Both the position numbers and the translations under genes were made by a program. Of a DNA stretch of 64,000 bases, positions 33,803 through 43,188 are shown in pieces. The first letter of the stretch is position 1. Every line of letters begins with the position of its first letter. This DNA is from an uncultured Nitrospinota bacterium (GTDB lineage Bacteria; Tectomicrobia; Entotheonellia; J063; CAVPRW01): positions 1-64,000 of the forward strand of contig CAVPRW010000017.1 in the NCBI GenBank assembly GCA_963707985.1. Direction: 5' to 3'. The notes under the pieces were generated by a model, which made no database searches, had not been told where the DNA came from, and saw only the letters and a program-made list of their open reading frames with translations.

Positions 33803-34633
33803 TCAGGCTAGCGGCTTCGGAAGTACGTAGTACACTGACTCGACAGCGCACCCGAAGCTGGCGGTCTCGGCCCTTTCGATTGGCCTACCCGCCAGAAACG
33901 CTGCGATCGCGGGCTCGAGATAGGCCTGATAATCGGGATCCTCCGGATATTTAAAATTGTCGATGGCGCCGCGATACATGAGCCTGAGCTCGGGGTTGAG
34001 CAGGAATGCCCGCGGCGTCTGTTGCGCGAACCACTGACGGGCGACAGATCCGGAAGCATCATGGAGGATGGGAAACATCAGGTTCCGGGCTGCTGCCGTC
34101 GCCCGGATCTGCTCGACCCCCTCCCCATGTCGGGAAGCAACTGCGACCAGGCCTACCTCAGGGTGCCGCGCGGCGAAGGTATTGAGATAGGAATCGTACC
34201 GCATGCAGTGCGAACAGGTCTCGGACCAGAATACGACCACGAGGCCCTTCTTCCCCGCGAGAAACGAGGCCAATGTCCGCTGTCCCCCGCGGATGTCAGG
34301 CAGCGTGAAGTCGGCGACAGTCGCGCCGAGTTGCTGTGTAGGCACGGCAACGGGTGCTTCACGCGTAGGTGTCTTAGACGCGGCATGCAGCATCTGAAGG
34401 CTCATCTGGGTCGCCAGGGTGCCCAGGGACAGGGGCAACTGCAGCGGCATGGTGAGCCATTGGCGCGGGTCGGCGAGGTTGAGACCGGAAAAGCTCTGGC
34501 GTTCGGCGGGTGCGACGCCTGTCAGTTGGCCGATGGCAGACTGCATGGTCTTCATCGCCGAATCCATCATTACAATGCCACTCTCGGCGACCTGGGCCGA
34601 GACACGAAACAGAGAATCGAACCATGTCGTCAT
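33803..34633 (-). CDS. Redoxin (AhpC/TSA thioredoxin-like) with an N-terminal extension copied from the neighbouring gene
   Basis: DFTLPD, FWSETCSHC, QQTP, YRGAID, C-terminal FGC. Confidence 0.88.
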   Translation of the reverse strand: MTTWFDSLFRVSAQVAESGIVMMDSAMKTMQSAIGQLTGVAPAERQSFSGLNLADPRQWLTMPLQLPLSLGTLATQMSLQMLHAASKTPTREAPVAVPTQQLGATVADFTLPDIRGGQRTLASFLAGKKGLVVVFWSETCSHCMRYDSYLNTFAARHPEVGLVAVASRHGEGVEQIRATAAARNLMFPILHDASGSVARQWFAQQTPRAFLLNPELRLMYRGAIDNFKYPEDPDYQAYLEPAIAAFLAGRPIERAETASFGCAVESVYYVLPKPLA

Positions 34634-34716
34634 AACACTCCCTTACGGCGCTGCGGCCCGCATACACCAGCGGATACCCCTCTATGGCTGCGACGATGCG
34701 CCCTGCCCCTGCCCTC

Positions 34717-35260
34717 TATACTGGACCACACAAGATAGGCACAGTGAGGCCATACTCTGATGCGGTGGATAGGCCCGCCCTCCCATAACCAGGAGTCCCT
34801 GCCATGCCGCAAACCACCGTACTCGATATCCCCCAGGAGGAACAGGCCCAGATGCTCGCGGCGCGGCGCCGTCCCCGATATGGCTCCGTCCTGGCGTTGC
34901 ATGTGCTGTTGCTGTGTGCGGCGGGGTACACCCTAACCGAGATTACAGCCGTCTTGTTCTGCCCACGCTCCAGTGTCTATCGCGCCGTATACGCTTGCCG
35001 TGCCGGCACCCTGACTTGGACCACCGACGAGGATAGGACGATGGCCGCACCAGTGCGCACCGCCATCCGGATGTCGTGGCTGGCCGGTCGCTGGATGCCT
35101 TGAGCAAGGCACCTCCGCGACGCCTATGGCTGGTACCGGAAGCACCGGGGGGTTACGCGACGCTGGCCGCACGAACTCGGCTGGGTCTGGAAACGGGCCA
35201 AGCTGATGGCCAAAGATACCGATCCCCAACGGGTCGAGCGGTTGGCCCGAATTAGGCTGA
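34717..35260 (+). mobile_element. IS630-family transposase remnant (HTH part only, internally deleted)
   Basis: LALHVLLLCAAGY..AVLFCPRSSVYR, then AYGW and HELGWVWKRAKL..DPQRVERLARIR; no DDE domain; begins at TA. Confidence 0.75.
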
Positions 35261-35554
35261 TGTTAAGCGTCCCAGCGTGCTCAGACAATAGATCGAGGAC
35301 CCAGATACAGATCTAGAGCGCCGAAAAAAAAAGGCCTACATTAAGTAGACCCTCTCTCGAATTGGACGCGATAGGTACTAGTACTTGATGATATTCATGA
35401 GAAGGGATGCAAGGCGCTGTAACGTATGCGAATGTCTGTGGTTGCTTGGCCGGTTTGACCATCTGGGGCGGTCTGGAAAGGGCAGCGCCAACTTGCACAA
35501 CCTGGGCGAGAAGCCCGGACGAGATTTCCTTCACGCAGTCCGTCGCCTCCCCCG
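35251..35554. repeat. ~300-bp intergenic duplication, copy 2
   Basis: Colinear with 29271-29585. Confidence 0.9.
35324..35351 (-). terminator. Intrinsic terminator-like hairpin plus U9
   Basis: Minus strand GGUCUAC-UUAAU-GUAGGCC-U9; same stem as copy 1 with a different loop. Confidence 0.65.
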
Positions 35555-35596
35555 GCGGCAGGAGTTTGTCTCCTCTGGCCGCCCAGCCAAGTGCAC

Positions 35597-36618
35597 TCAG
35601 GGATCCGTCGGCAAGCGTTCCAAGACCTTCGCCGTGCCAATCGAAGTCATAAGTGCCTTGCCGCGCAGGGCGCTCAGGCCCGACTCGAGGCGTACGAGAC
35701 CAGCGCCCAGCGCCGTGCTCACCGTCACCTCAAAGATTTGATCGTCGGTAAAGCCCGCCTGATGAAGCGAAGTCATATCCTCGTCAGTTACCTTGTAGGC
35801 ATGCTTCACAACCTTCTGCACATATGGGGCTAGTGCAGGGGGTAGCTCAGCCGCCAGGCTTGCAGCCTTGCGTACCGTGGGTCTAGCAACCCTGGTCCAG
35901 AGAGTACCGCTTCCTGTAGCTGCTTCAGCTTTGCCGCCATAGGGATCAGCCGCGGTGTGGTTCTCTCTCTGTGTGTTTTCCATCTTCAGGCCATACCTAT
36001 GTCGGCTGCCGGTACGTCCAATCTGCAGACCGCTCAACAGCTTGTACCCTAAGACAAGAGAAAACTTTACTCCCCTGGCAAACACCTTGGGCGGCGGAAC
36101 CCTGACGCCAAGCGCATCGGCGACCCGATTGATGATATTAAACCCCACACAGATGTATATCGCGTCGGCGATCGCTTGATCTGTCAGTCCCTCAGCTCGC
36201 AAGGCGGCTACATCCTCAGACCCAAGTTGGTCGGGTAAGAGCGTCAGCTTCTCGATAAAGCCCAGCATCGACCGCAATTTCCCGCTGATCGGGGCCGTGC
36301 GCCAGTCCGTGAAGACTGCCTGGGTGACTTCTTGACCAAGTCCCGCCGACGCGACCGCGCCGTGCGCGTTGGCTCAGAACACACAACGATTCACTTTCGA
36401 GGTGAAGGCACCAAATAACTCACGCTCGCCAACACTCCAAGTGGACGGACCTCGCAGGACGGCGTGTCCCAGGTCGCAGAAAGGTTTCCCGAAATATTCA
36501 GGACGGTACATAAAGATTTTAATGATGTCCACCGGCGCCGAGAAGGTGATGATACGTATGAAAACCAGTAGCAGTCTTTGTGGCCACCGATGTCCAAACT
36601 CTACTTGGACACTCGCAT
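35597..36618 (-). CDS. AhpD/carboxymuconolactone decarboxylase-like protein with in-frame UGA (putative selenoprotein) and a second AhpD-like domain
   Basis: GERELFGAFTSKVNRCVF-UGA-ANAHG..DWRTAP..FNIINRVADALG reads in one frame across TGA 36374-36376. Frameshift near 36602 after MRVSK. Confidence 0.8.
36345..36373 (-). other. Candidate bacterial SECIS stem-loop
   Basis: Directly after the UGA: GCC-A-ACGCG-CACGGCGCGGU-CGCGU-C-GGC. Confidence 0.5.
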
Positions 36619-36743
36619 GCGCACTCCATGGCAGAAATACTTTACCCCCGCCTTCGATCCCCCCTCGACCATGAGATCTACGAAGCAGAAATAGCGATGT
36701 CGCGCCGGCGTTGGGAGAGCTCTTGCCTGACACTGCCTGGCAT

Positions 36744-36760
36744 CGCACAGTATATGCCAA
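36744..36760 (-). promoter_or_regulatory. Possible sigma54 -24/-12 element
   Basis: TTGGCATATACTGTGCG (GG-N10-GC), about 125 nt upstream of the AhpD-like gene; overlaps a cagtatatgc direct repeat. Confidence 0.25.
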
Positions 36761-36865
36761 GCCAGTATATGCAGGACTGCAGGTCGGGTCAACGATGATG
36801 GCGCTGGTACAACCGCGGACTGTCCCGCAGCGTGAAGTTCCGGCTAGGTAAATGGCAATTATTTA

Positions 36866-37609
36866 TTACATGTACAGGCCACCGTCGACGGTGAACACTT
36901 GGCCCGTGACGTAGGAAGCGTCCTTGGAGAGGAGAAATTTCACCACCCGAGCGACTTCCTCGGGGTCGCCAAAGCGCCCCATGGGGATGGTGGCGAGCAA
37001 CTGATGGCGCAGTTGTTCGGGCATAGCCTCCAGCATATCCGTGGTGATGAACCCAGGGGACACGGCGTTGACCGTGATGCCGGTTTTCGCGACCTCCTTT
37101 GCCAGTGCCTTGGTAAATCCGATGATGCCAGCCTTAGAGGCGGAATAGTTGGTCTGACCGGGGAGCCCCGTTTGGCCGCTCACCGAGGTAATATTCACAA
37201 TACGTCCACTTCTCTGTTTCATGAACGCATATACGGCGGCCCGCGAGAAATTGATCGTCCCGTACAAATTGGTTTCGATCACGGCCCGCCAATCTTCCTC
37301 CTGCATCATGGCCAGAGGCTTATCGCGCGTAATACCGGCGTTATTGACCAGCATATCGATCCGGCCAAAGCGTTCCTTGACGGCCACGAGAACAGCCTTG
37401 GCGCCTTCAAAATCGGTCACATCTCGCTGGAAGCCTACAGTCTCGCCCCTTTGTTCTTCCACTTCCTTACAGAGGGTATTAGCAGCTTCTCGATTGGTTT
37501 GGTAGGTGAACGCCACTTTGACACCGCTGGCAATCAATTCCAGGACGATTGCCCTACCAATGCCACGGCTTCCACCCGTGACAATGGCGACCTTCCCTGT
37601 AAGCGACAT
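36866..37609 (-). CDS. fabG: 3-oxoacyl-ACP reductase
   Basis: TGGSRGIG, NNAGITRD, NYSASKAG, PGFITTDM. Confidence 0.9.
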   Translation of the reverse strand: MSLTGKVAIVTGGSRGIGRAIVLELIASGVKVAFTYQTNREAANTLCKEVEEQRGETVGFQRDVTDFEGAKAVLVAVKERFGRIDMLVNNAGITRDKPLAMMQEEDWRAVIETNLYGTINFSRAAVYAFMKQRSGRIVNITSVSGQTGLPGQTNYSASKAGIIGFTKALAKEVAKTGITVNAVSPGFITTDMLEAMPEQLRHQLLATIPMGRFGDPEEVARVVKFLLSKDASYVTGQVFTVDGGLYM

Positions 37610-37759
37610 GGTTAGGCTCCTTTAGCTCTACGTTCTTCCAGTGTTTACGCAGTCGGCGTATCAATTGTTGCCGGGGTGACTTGTCACGCCCAGGCTCGCC
37701 AAGAAAACCGGGAGGCCTGAGGCTTTCGTCGATCTCCCAAGCAGTCAGTGTCAAATGGG

Positions 37760-38370
37760 TGCGGCATTCACCCGCCACAAGGTGGGAAAATGCCAGCACC
37801 TGACGCCCGCTGGCCAGAACGTTGAAATCTGCTTGGGAGAGGTCAGCGGGCACGTCATCATTGAGCGCTACCTGGCAGCTAAAATGCCGGAAGCATCCGT
37901 CGAGCTGAAACATCAGATGTACCAGAGGGAACGTGCTCAAGGCATGATGGTATGGATGTCCCCGGACCATGACCGACTTGCCTTCATATCCAAGGCTGCC
38001 GTCCATCCCCAGAGGACTGGAGCCAACTTCGACGGTATGTAGGGAGAGCGGATCGAAGTACATGGCAGGTGCATTGGCTCCACGGCAATCATCCGGCACA
38101 GCCGTATGCGCCGGTACCTGAGTAGCCGACATCGAAGCAATAATGATGGCATTCCTGCATGCGTGTAGGGCCTTCAACCGATGACCGTGACAGCGGCCTG
38201 GTAGGATGCCAGGGTGTCCGCAGAAAACATGCGAGGTCGGTTGATGCCCTGCCACCCTGCACGATCAAGATAGCGGCCAGGCACACATTAATATCAAACG
38301 CCCGGCAGCCCGGTGGCAAGGTCGCCCACTGGATACGTGCCATCATCGATGATCAATAGTTCCTTGCATT
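37760..38370 (-). pseudogene. Degraded GT2-like fragment plus NPCBM/NEW2-like domain fragment
   Basis: ELLIIDDGTYPVGDL followed by stops; LGYEGKSVMVRGHPYHHALS..FQLDGCFRHFSCQVALNDD..FNVLASG. Confidence 0.45.
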
Positions 38371-38420
38371 TCCCTCCACGTATTCTCTGCGCCAACACCT
38401 ACGCTCGGAGCAGACTGAGG

Positions 38421-39045
38421 TCAGGCCGCCCGAGGAAAGCCGGGAAGCTTGAGGATATCGCCGATTTGCGACTGATGCCTCTGCTCGTGGAGTGCGACAA
38501 TGCGCAGCAATTGCAGCACATTGTTGACGCCCATCAGCGGATGTTGGTGAATCATGGCCTGGTAGTCTAGCGTCGAGTTCGCTGCAAAGAGAGCCTCCGT
38601 CTCTTGCAGAGAAGCGCGCAGCTCCTGGCGCAGTTCGTCGAGGGATCGACCTTTGCGTGGTGTCCCAACGTCCGGGCTTTGCGCCGGCACCAGTCGATAA
38701 CGAGTCAGGAATTCGCGTGCGGAGCGCGGAACGACCATGCTCAACAACCGAAATGGCACTTCGAGATATGGCAGCATAGCCTTTGGGGATGTATGCCATG
38801 GACACATTCACATCCGCGAATGTGCGCTTGAGAGATGGCCTGCGGCCGTTCTTCGCCATGTCGATCAGCTCCGCGATGTCCCGACGATTGAGAGCCTCCG
38901 CCAGCAGGAGATGGTCCAGCACCTCCCCCACAGACCACTGGCCGGGGCCGGGCGAGAATTCGATCTGGACTTGGGTCAGTCCTTCAACGAGATCCAAGGT
39001 GCGCTGTCGAGCGGCGCCAAATAAGGCGAGGTCGGACTGATACAT
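38421..39045 (-). CDS. DinB family protein, paralog of 29696-30320; frameshift near 38785
   Basis: MYQSDLALFG..WSVGEVLDHL..LHEQRHQSQI. Confidence 0.88.
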
Positions 39046-39091
39046 GGGTACTCTCCTTTTGAACCCAGAGCCGTTTTGCTGAAGCTCGGCA

Positions 39092-40564
39092 TCATGACCT
39101 CGGGCGAGAGGCGGAGAGAGGGATTCTGTGGCTGGCGGCATCCCCACCTGCCGTAGTCGCTTTGCTCCTCTGGTACGCAGAGATGGGGATCAAAAGCCGC
39201 AGCAATGGGGTCGTTGCTAATGTCGTCACGAGCGCCATGATCACCATCATAGCAAATAAGGTGGGGGAGATGATGCCCAGGTCGAGCCCAATGTTGAGGA
39301 CAATGAGTTCCATCAAGCCTCGGGTATTCATCAGGATGCCAAGTGCTGCCGAGTAACGCCAGCTGAGACCTGTCAGCCGTGCGGCTGCGAGTGATCCCCC
39401 AAATTTCCCACTCGTGGCCACCAAGATAATCATGCCGCAGACGAACCACTGTTCCACACCCGCGACCAAACCGATCTGCGTCCGCATCCCAGTGAAGGCA
39501 AAAAAACCAGGCAGCAGGACGACGCCTACCAGATCCTCCAATTTCTCCGTGAAGGCACGGGTGAGGGTGCTATCGTGAGGGATCACGGCACCGAGGAAGA
39601 ATGCCCCGAAAATGGCATGGACACCAATATACTCGGTGGTCAGGGCGGAGAGGAACAGCGCGACGAACACGAGAGGGACGAGTCGTTGGGGGAATGGCGC
39701 TTCGCCAGAGCGCGCTATGCGGTGCTTAATTAGAGGTTGCACGATAACCAACATGAAGCCAACATAGGTCAGCGTCAATAGCATGACCAGCAACGCCCCG
39801 CCTACCTTCGCTTGCGTCACGCCGACCACAAAGGCGAGTAAGCACCAAGCTGTAACATCATCTATTGCCGCACATGTGAGCGCAATCACTCCGATGTCGG
39901 TCTTGCTCATCTGCTGGTCGGTCAAAATCCGCGCTAGTACGGGAAATGCGGTGATCGACATGGACACGCCCAAAAAGAGGGCGAAGTTCGTAAATGGGAC
40001 GTCGTTGCTGGAAAGCCGCGGATAGAGGCTTAGCGCCAGGAGCGAGCCCAGCAAGAATGGTGCGATAATACTCACATGCGAGATCGCGATAGTGGCGTGG
40101 GCTCGTTTCCGCAGGTGTCCCACGTTCAGCTCAAGACCAACGATAAACATGTATAAGATGACTCCTAGCTGAGCGATCACTCCCAGAAACGGGGCGACCG
40201 CTGGTGGGAGTATGTAGGTTGAAATCTCCGGCGCTAGGCGCCCTAGAAAGGAGGGTCCCAGCAGGATACCGGCCACGACTTCGCCGATGACAGGTGGCTG
40301 CTGTAGGAAAAGGAACAGCTTACCGATGACCCGACCCGTCACAATGACCACTACGAGGGCCAAGAGAATGTGCCAGAAGACATCAACTTGTGGGATTGTA
40401 TTCGCGCGATGGAGGAGAGGCGGCTCGAGTGCAGCTGGCGCCGTGAGGAGCTCTCCATAGAGGCGGATGAGGAGAAAGAGCCCGATAGTCGAGAGCACCA
40501 TCACGCCGTACGCAGCCGTCGTCCAGATCCGCGTCGGAGTGGTCCGTTGCAGAGGGTGTTCCAT
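39092..40564 (-). CDS. Cation:proton antiporter (CPA2 / Kef-type)
   Basis: QPPVIGEVVAGILLGPS, SITAFPVLARIL, AAIDDV, LMNTRGLMEL; about 12 TMs. Confidence 0.92.
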   Translation of the reverse strand: MEHPLQRTTPTRIWTTAAYGVMVLSTIGLFLLIRLYGELLTAPAALEPPLLHRANTIPQVDVFWHILLALVVVIVTGRVIGKLFLFLQQPPVIGEVVAGILLGPSFLGRLAPEISTYILPPAVAPFLGVIAQLGVILYMFIVGLELNVGHLRKRAHATIAISHVSIIAPFLLGSLLALSLYPRLSSNDVPFTNFALFLGVSMSITAFPVLARILTDQQMSKTDIGVIALTCAAIDDVTAWCLLAFVVGVTQAKVGGALLVMLLTLTYVGFMLVIVQPLIKHRIARSGEAPFPQRLVPLVFVALFLSALTTEYIGVHAIFGAFFLGAVIPHDSTLTRAFTEKLEDLVGVVLLPGFFAFTGMRTQIGLVAGVEQWFVCGMIILVATSGKFGGSLAAARLTGLSWRYSAALGILMNTRGLMELIVLNIGLDLGIISPTLFAMMVIMALVTTLATTPLLRLLIPISAYQRSKATTAGGDAASHRIPLSASRPRS

Positions 40565-40743
40565 GTTTCTGGTCCTTATGATCACTGCCTGACGTCGAGA
40601 GTGCGACACGACCTTGGATGGATGAAGTGAAGGTTACGTTCTCTTTACCCATTCCTCTCAAGACTTGCGTCCGACTACGCGAGCTCTCTTTTTCCACGAT
40701 CGCGACCAGCCGAAAGCGGCGATTGACTGTGCTCCGCCACATC

Positions 40744-41367
40744 TCAACCCGCTTTAAGGAACTGGGCATTCGGGAGCAAGTCGGCAATGTGCGCTTGGTG
40801 GCGTTCTTCGTGCAGTCCCATGCTGTACAGCAGATAGGGCACATTCTGGGTGCCCAACAACGAGTGTTGGTGCAGCAGCGTGTCGTAGTCGAGGTCGGGG
40901 TGGGTCGCACACAGTGCCGCCAGTTCTTCGAAGGAAAAGCACAGTCCAGCGTACAGTTCGGCTGTGGACCGGCCTCGCCGCAGGGTGGCCGTATCGGCCG
41001 TTCGCGCGGGGATCAGTCGATAACGCACAAAAACTTCCCGTACGTGGTCCGGCACGACCATATTCAGCAAGTTAAAGGGGACTTCGAGAAACGGCAGCAT
41101 GCACTTCGGCATGAAGAAGGGGGTGATGTTAAACTCGGCGGCCGAGCGATAGAGGTGCGGGGGCTTGCCGGCCTTGGTGAGTTCGATCAGTTCGGCAACA
41201 TCCCTGCGGATGATCTCGACGGATAAGATGAGCTGGTCCACCACTTCGCCGATGGACCAGCTACCCGGCGCCGGGGCCTCATCCAGCTGCGCCTGAGAGA
41301 GCCCCTGAACCAGGGCCAAGGTGCGTGCGCGAATCGCGCGAAACCGTTCGAAATGAGTCGTCAGCAT
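40744..41367 (-). CDS. DinB family protein, paralog of 30433-31056; first His replaced by Gln
   Basis: WSIGEVVDQL..LHEERHQAHI. Confidence 0.85.
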   Translation of the reverse strand: MLTTHFERFRAIRARTLALVQGLSQAQLDEAPAPGSWSIGEVVDQLILSVEIIRRDVAELIELTKAGKPPHLYRSAAEFNITPFFMPKCMLPFLEVPFNLLNMVVPDHVREVFVRYRLIPARTADTATLRRGRSTAELYAGLCFSFEELAALCATHPDLDYDTLLHQHSLLGTQNVPYLLYSMGLHEERHQAHIADLLPNAQFLKAG

Positions 41368-41370
41368 GCG

Positions 41371-42821
41371 TTAGTCTCCCCGGCGGAACGAGGCGTGAAA
41401 GAGGAGCGGGAAGGGGCTCCCGCAAGCGCAGCATCGCCACCGGACCGCTGGCCACATGAAACGCATCAAAGAGCGCAAAGGCGCTGGTCCTGTGCTCGGC
41501 ATCGAAGACCTGACACAGGATCGTCCCCGTCCGCTGATGACGCGGATCACTGATGCAGATCGGTTCGCCTCCGAGATACTGCCGCGCTGGTGCTTGATAG
41601 ATGTCGCCGGCGGTCGCCTCCCCCCAATCCGCGTGGACCAATTGATCGAAGAACTTCCGTCCACGTCGGCCGGTCGCTGACATTCCGAGCATCCAGAAGT
41701 CGCGGTATGCCTGGGTGACTTGCCTCGGATCAATCGACGGGAAATCAGGTGCTAGGCGATAGTCAATCTCCCACCGTTCTATCACTTCGTGGCTGTTCAT
41801 GTCCACGACGAAGCGTACCGGGTGTCCTGCGCTGACATCGGTGAAAAGATCGGGCACCACCTGGTATTGGTCGTAGAGCGGCCGGTCATACTCAATGACA
41901 TCGACCATCAGGCGATTGTCCGCTTCAAAGCAGTTGATCAGATGCAGACAGTAGCGCTGGCCAATGGGAATCGTGGCGGTTTCCTCACCGCTGTCGCGCG
42001 AGACAATACGCAACTGGCTGCCGCGTTCTGGCTCCCACCGGAGTGCATGCATCAGGGTCCGACCCTCGCCGTAGCAGCGTTTCGATGTCCACAATGTACG
42101 GGCTCAAGTAAAAGACGGCATAACTTGGGCTCATGGCGAAATCGTGCATCGAACAGGGAAAGTCGAGTCGCAGGCGCTTGCGATAGAGCAGTTGCGCTTG
42201 CGCACCGAAGCGATAGACATTTAACGTCGGCTGTGTGGCGGAGAAGGAGACGCCAAAGTTGAACATCTCACCAGTGGCCGGGTCAACCTTCGGATGCGCA
42301 GCGAAGGGGCTGACGTCGTTCAGGCGCTTGCCGAAGGTGAACACCCCGCGCGTTTCAAGCGTCAGCGGATCAAGTTCCCACGGCAGGCCCTGTTCACCAA
42401 ACGCCAGGAGCCTGCCAGCGTAGGGATAGACGCTCACGTTTACCGGCGACTCAAGCGCGATGCCACGCTTCATGTAATCGGCTTCGAAGGCGGTGCCGAA
42501 GGTGCGAAAGATGGGGTAACCGGCACTCTCTTCGGTGATGAATTTGTGACTTCTGACAAAGCGGTTGATAAAGACCACGCGCCCCCGCTCAAACCGCAGT
42601 GCGCAGACCATGCCGTCGCCATCGAGCCAGTGGCGGTACTGCAATCCCGCCCGGGCGAATCGAGCCGGACCGTTGAGATAATACGTCCCCCGCAGGAAAT
42701 CTGGGACCTCGCCCGTGATCTCTTCGATGGAGTACGATAACTCAGGGGGATTAAGGGAGAACAGCTGCTCTAACCCTGGGGCGTGGTCATCAACCGATGG
42801 TCTCGTGTTCAGCACGCTCAT
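41371..42821 (-). CDS. Carotenoid/lignostilbene cleavage dioxygenase family (RPE65-like); frameshifts near 42060 and 41420
   Basis: GTYYLNGP, HWLDGDGM, and four Fe-His motifs AHPK, MHDF, LHLIN and LFHA. Confidence 0.9.
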
Positions 42822-42899
42822 AGCCTCACCCTCTCACGGACGCGCCGTGCTGGTTCCACTTACATCAGCAGCGCTGCCATTGCCCAAGACCCCTAGTTC

Positions 42900-43075
42900 A
42901 TTCCAACCCTCTCCCCCAGCGCAAGCGCAGGGAGCCACATCTTCATACAGCCAGAAATGTTCCAGGTCAGCAGCTGTTTCCACGCTCGACCGCCCTGGTT
43001 GGAACACCATGAAGGCGACATTGACCGCTCCGACAGACGTGCCGGTAAAGATGTCCCCGTCGATCGCAGAGTCCA
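42900..43075 (-). pseudogene. Patatin-like phospholipase fragment
   Basis: IDGDIFTGTSVGAVNVAFMV..ADLEHFWL parallels LDPDIFAGTSVGSYNAAFLV..ANLEQVWL at ~63.9 kb. Confidence 0.7.
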
Positions 43076-43188
43076 GATAGAGACGAACTCGGGATCCTGG
43101 GCGGGTACTGGAAGTTATCGATCACTCCGCCTTCTACGGCGAGGCCTCAGGCGTGCTCTCATGCGGTCGAGAGGGTCCCGCCAAAAGG

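Noticed and set aside
37610..37700. Possible ACP C-terminal remnant upstream of fabG
   Set aside because: No DSL motif and an internal stop; the similarity is too weak to call.
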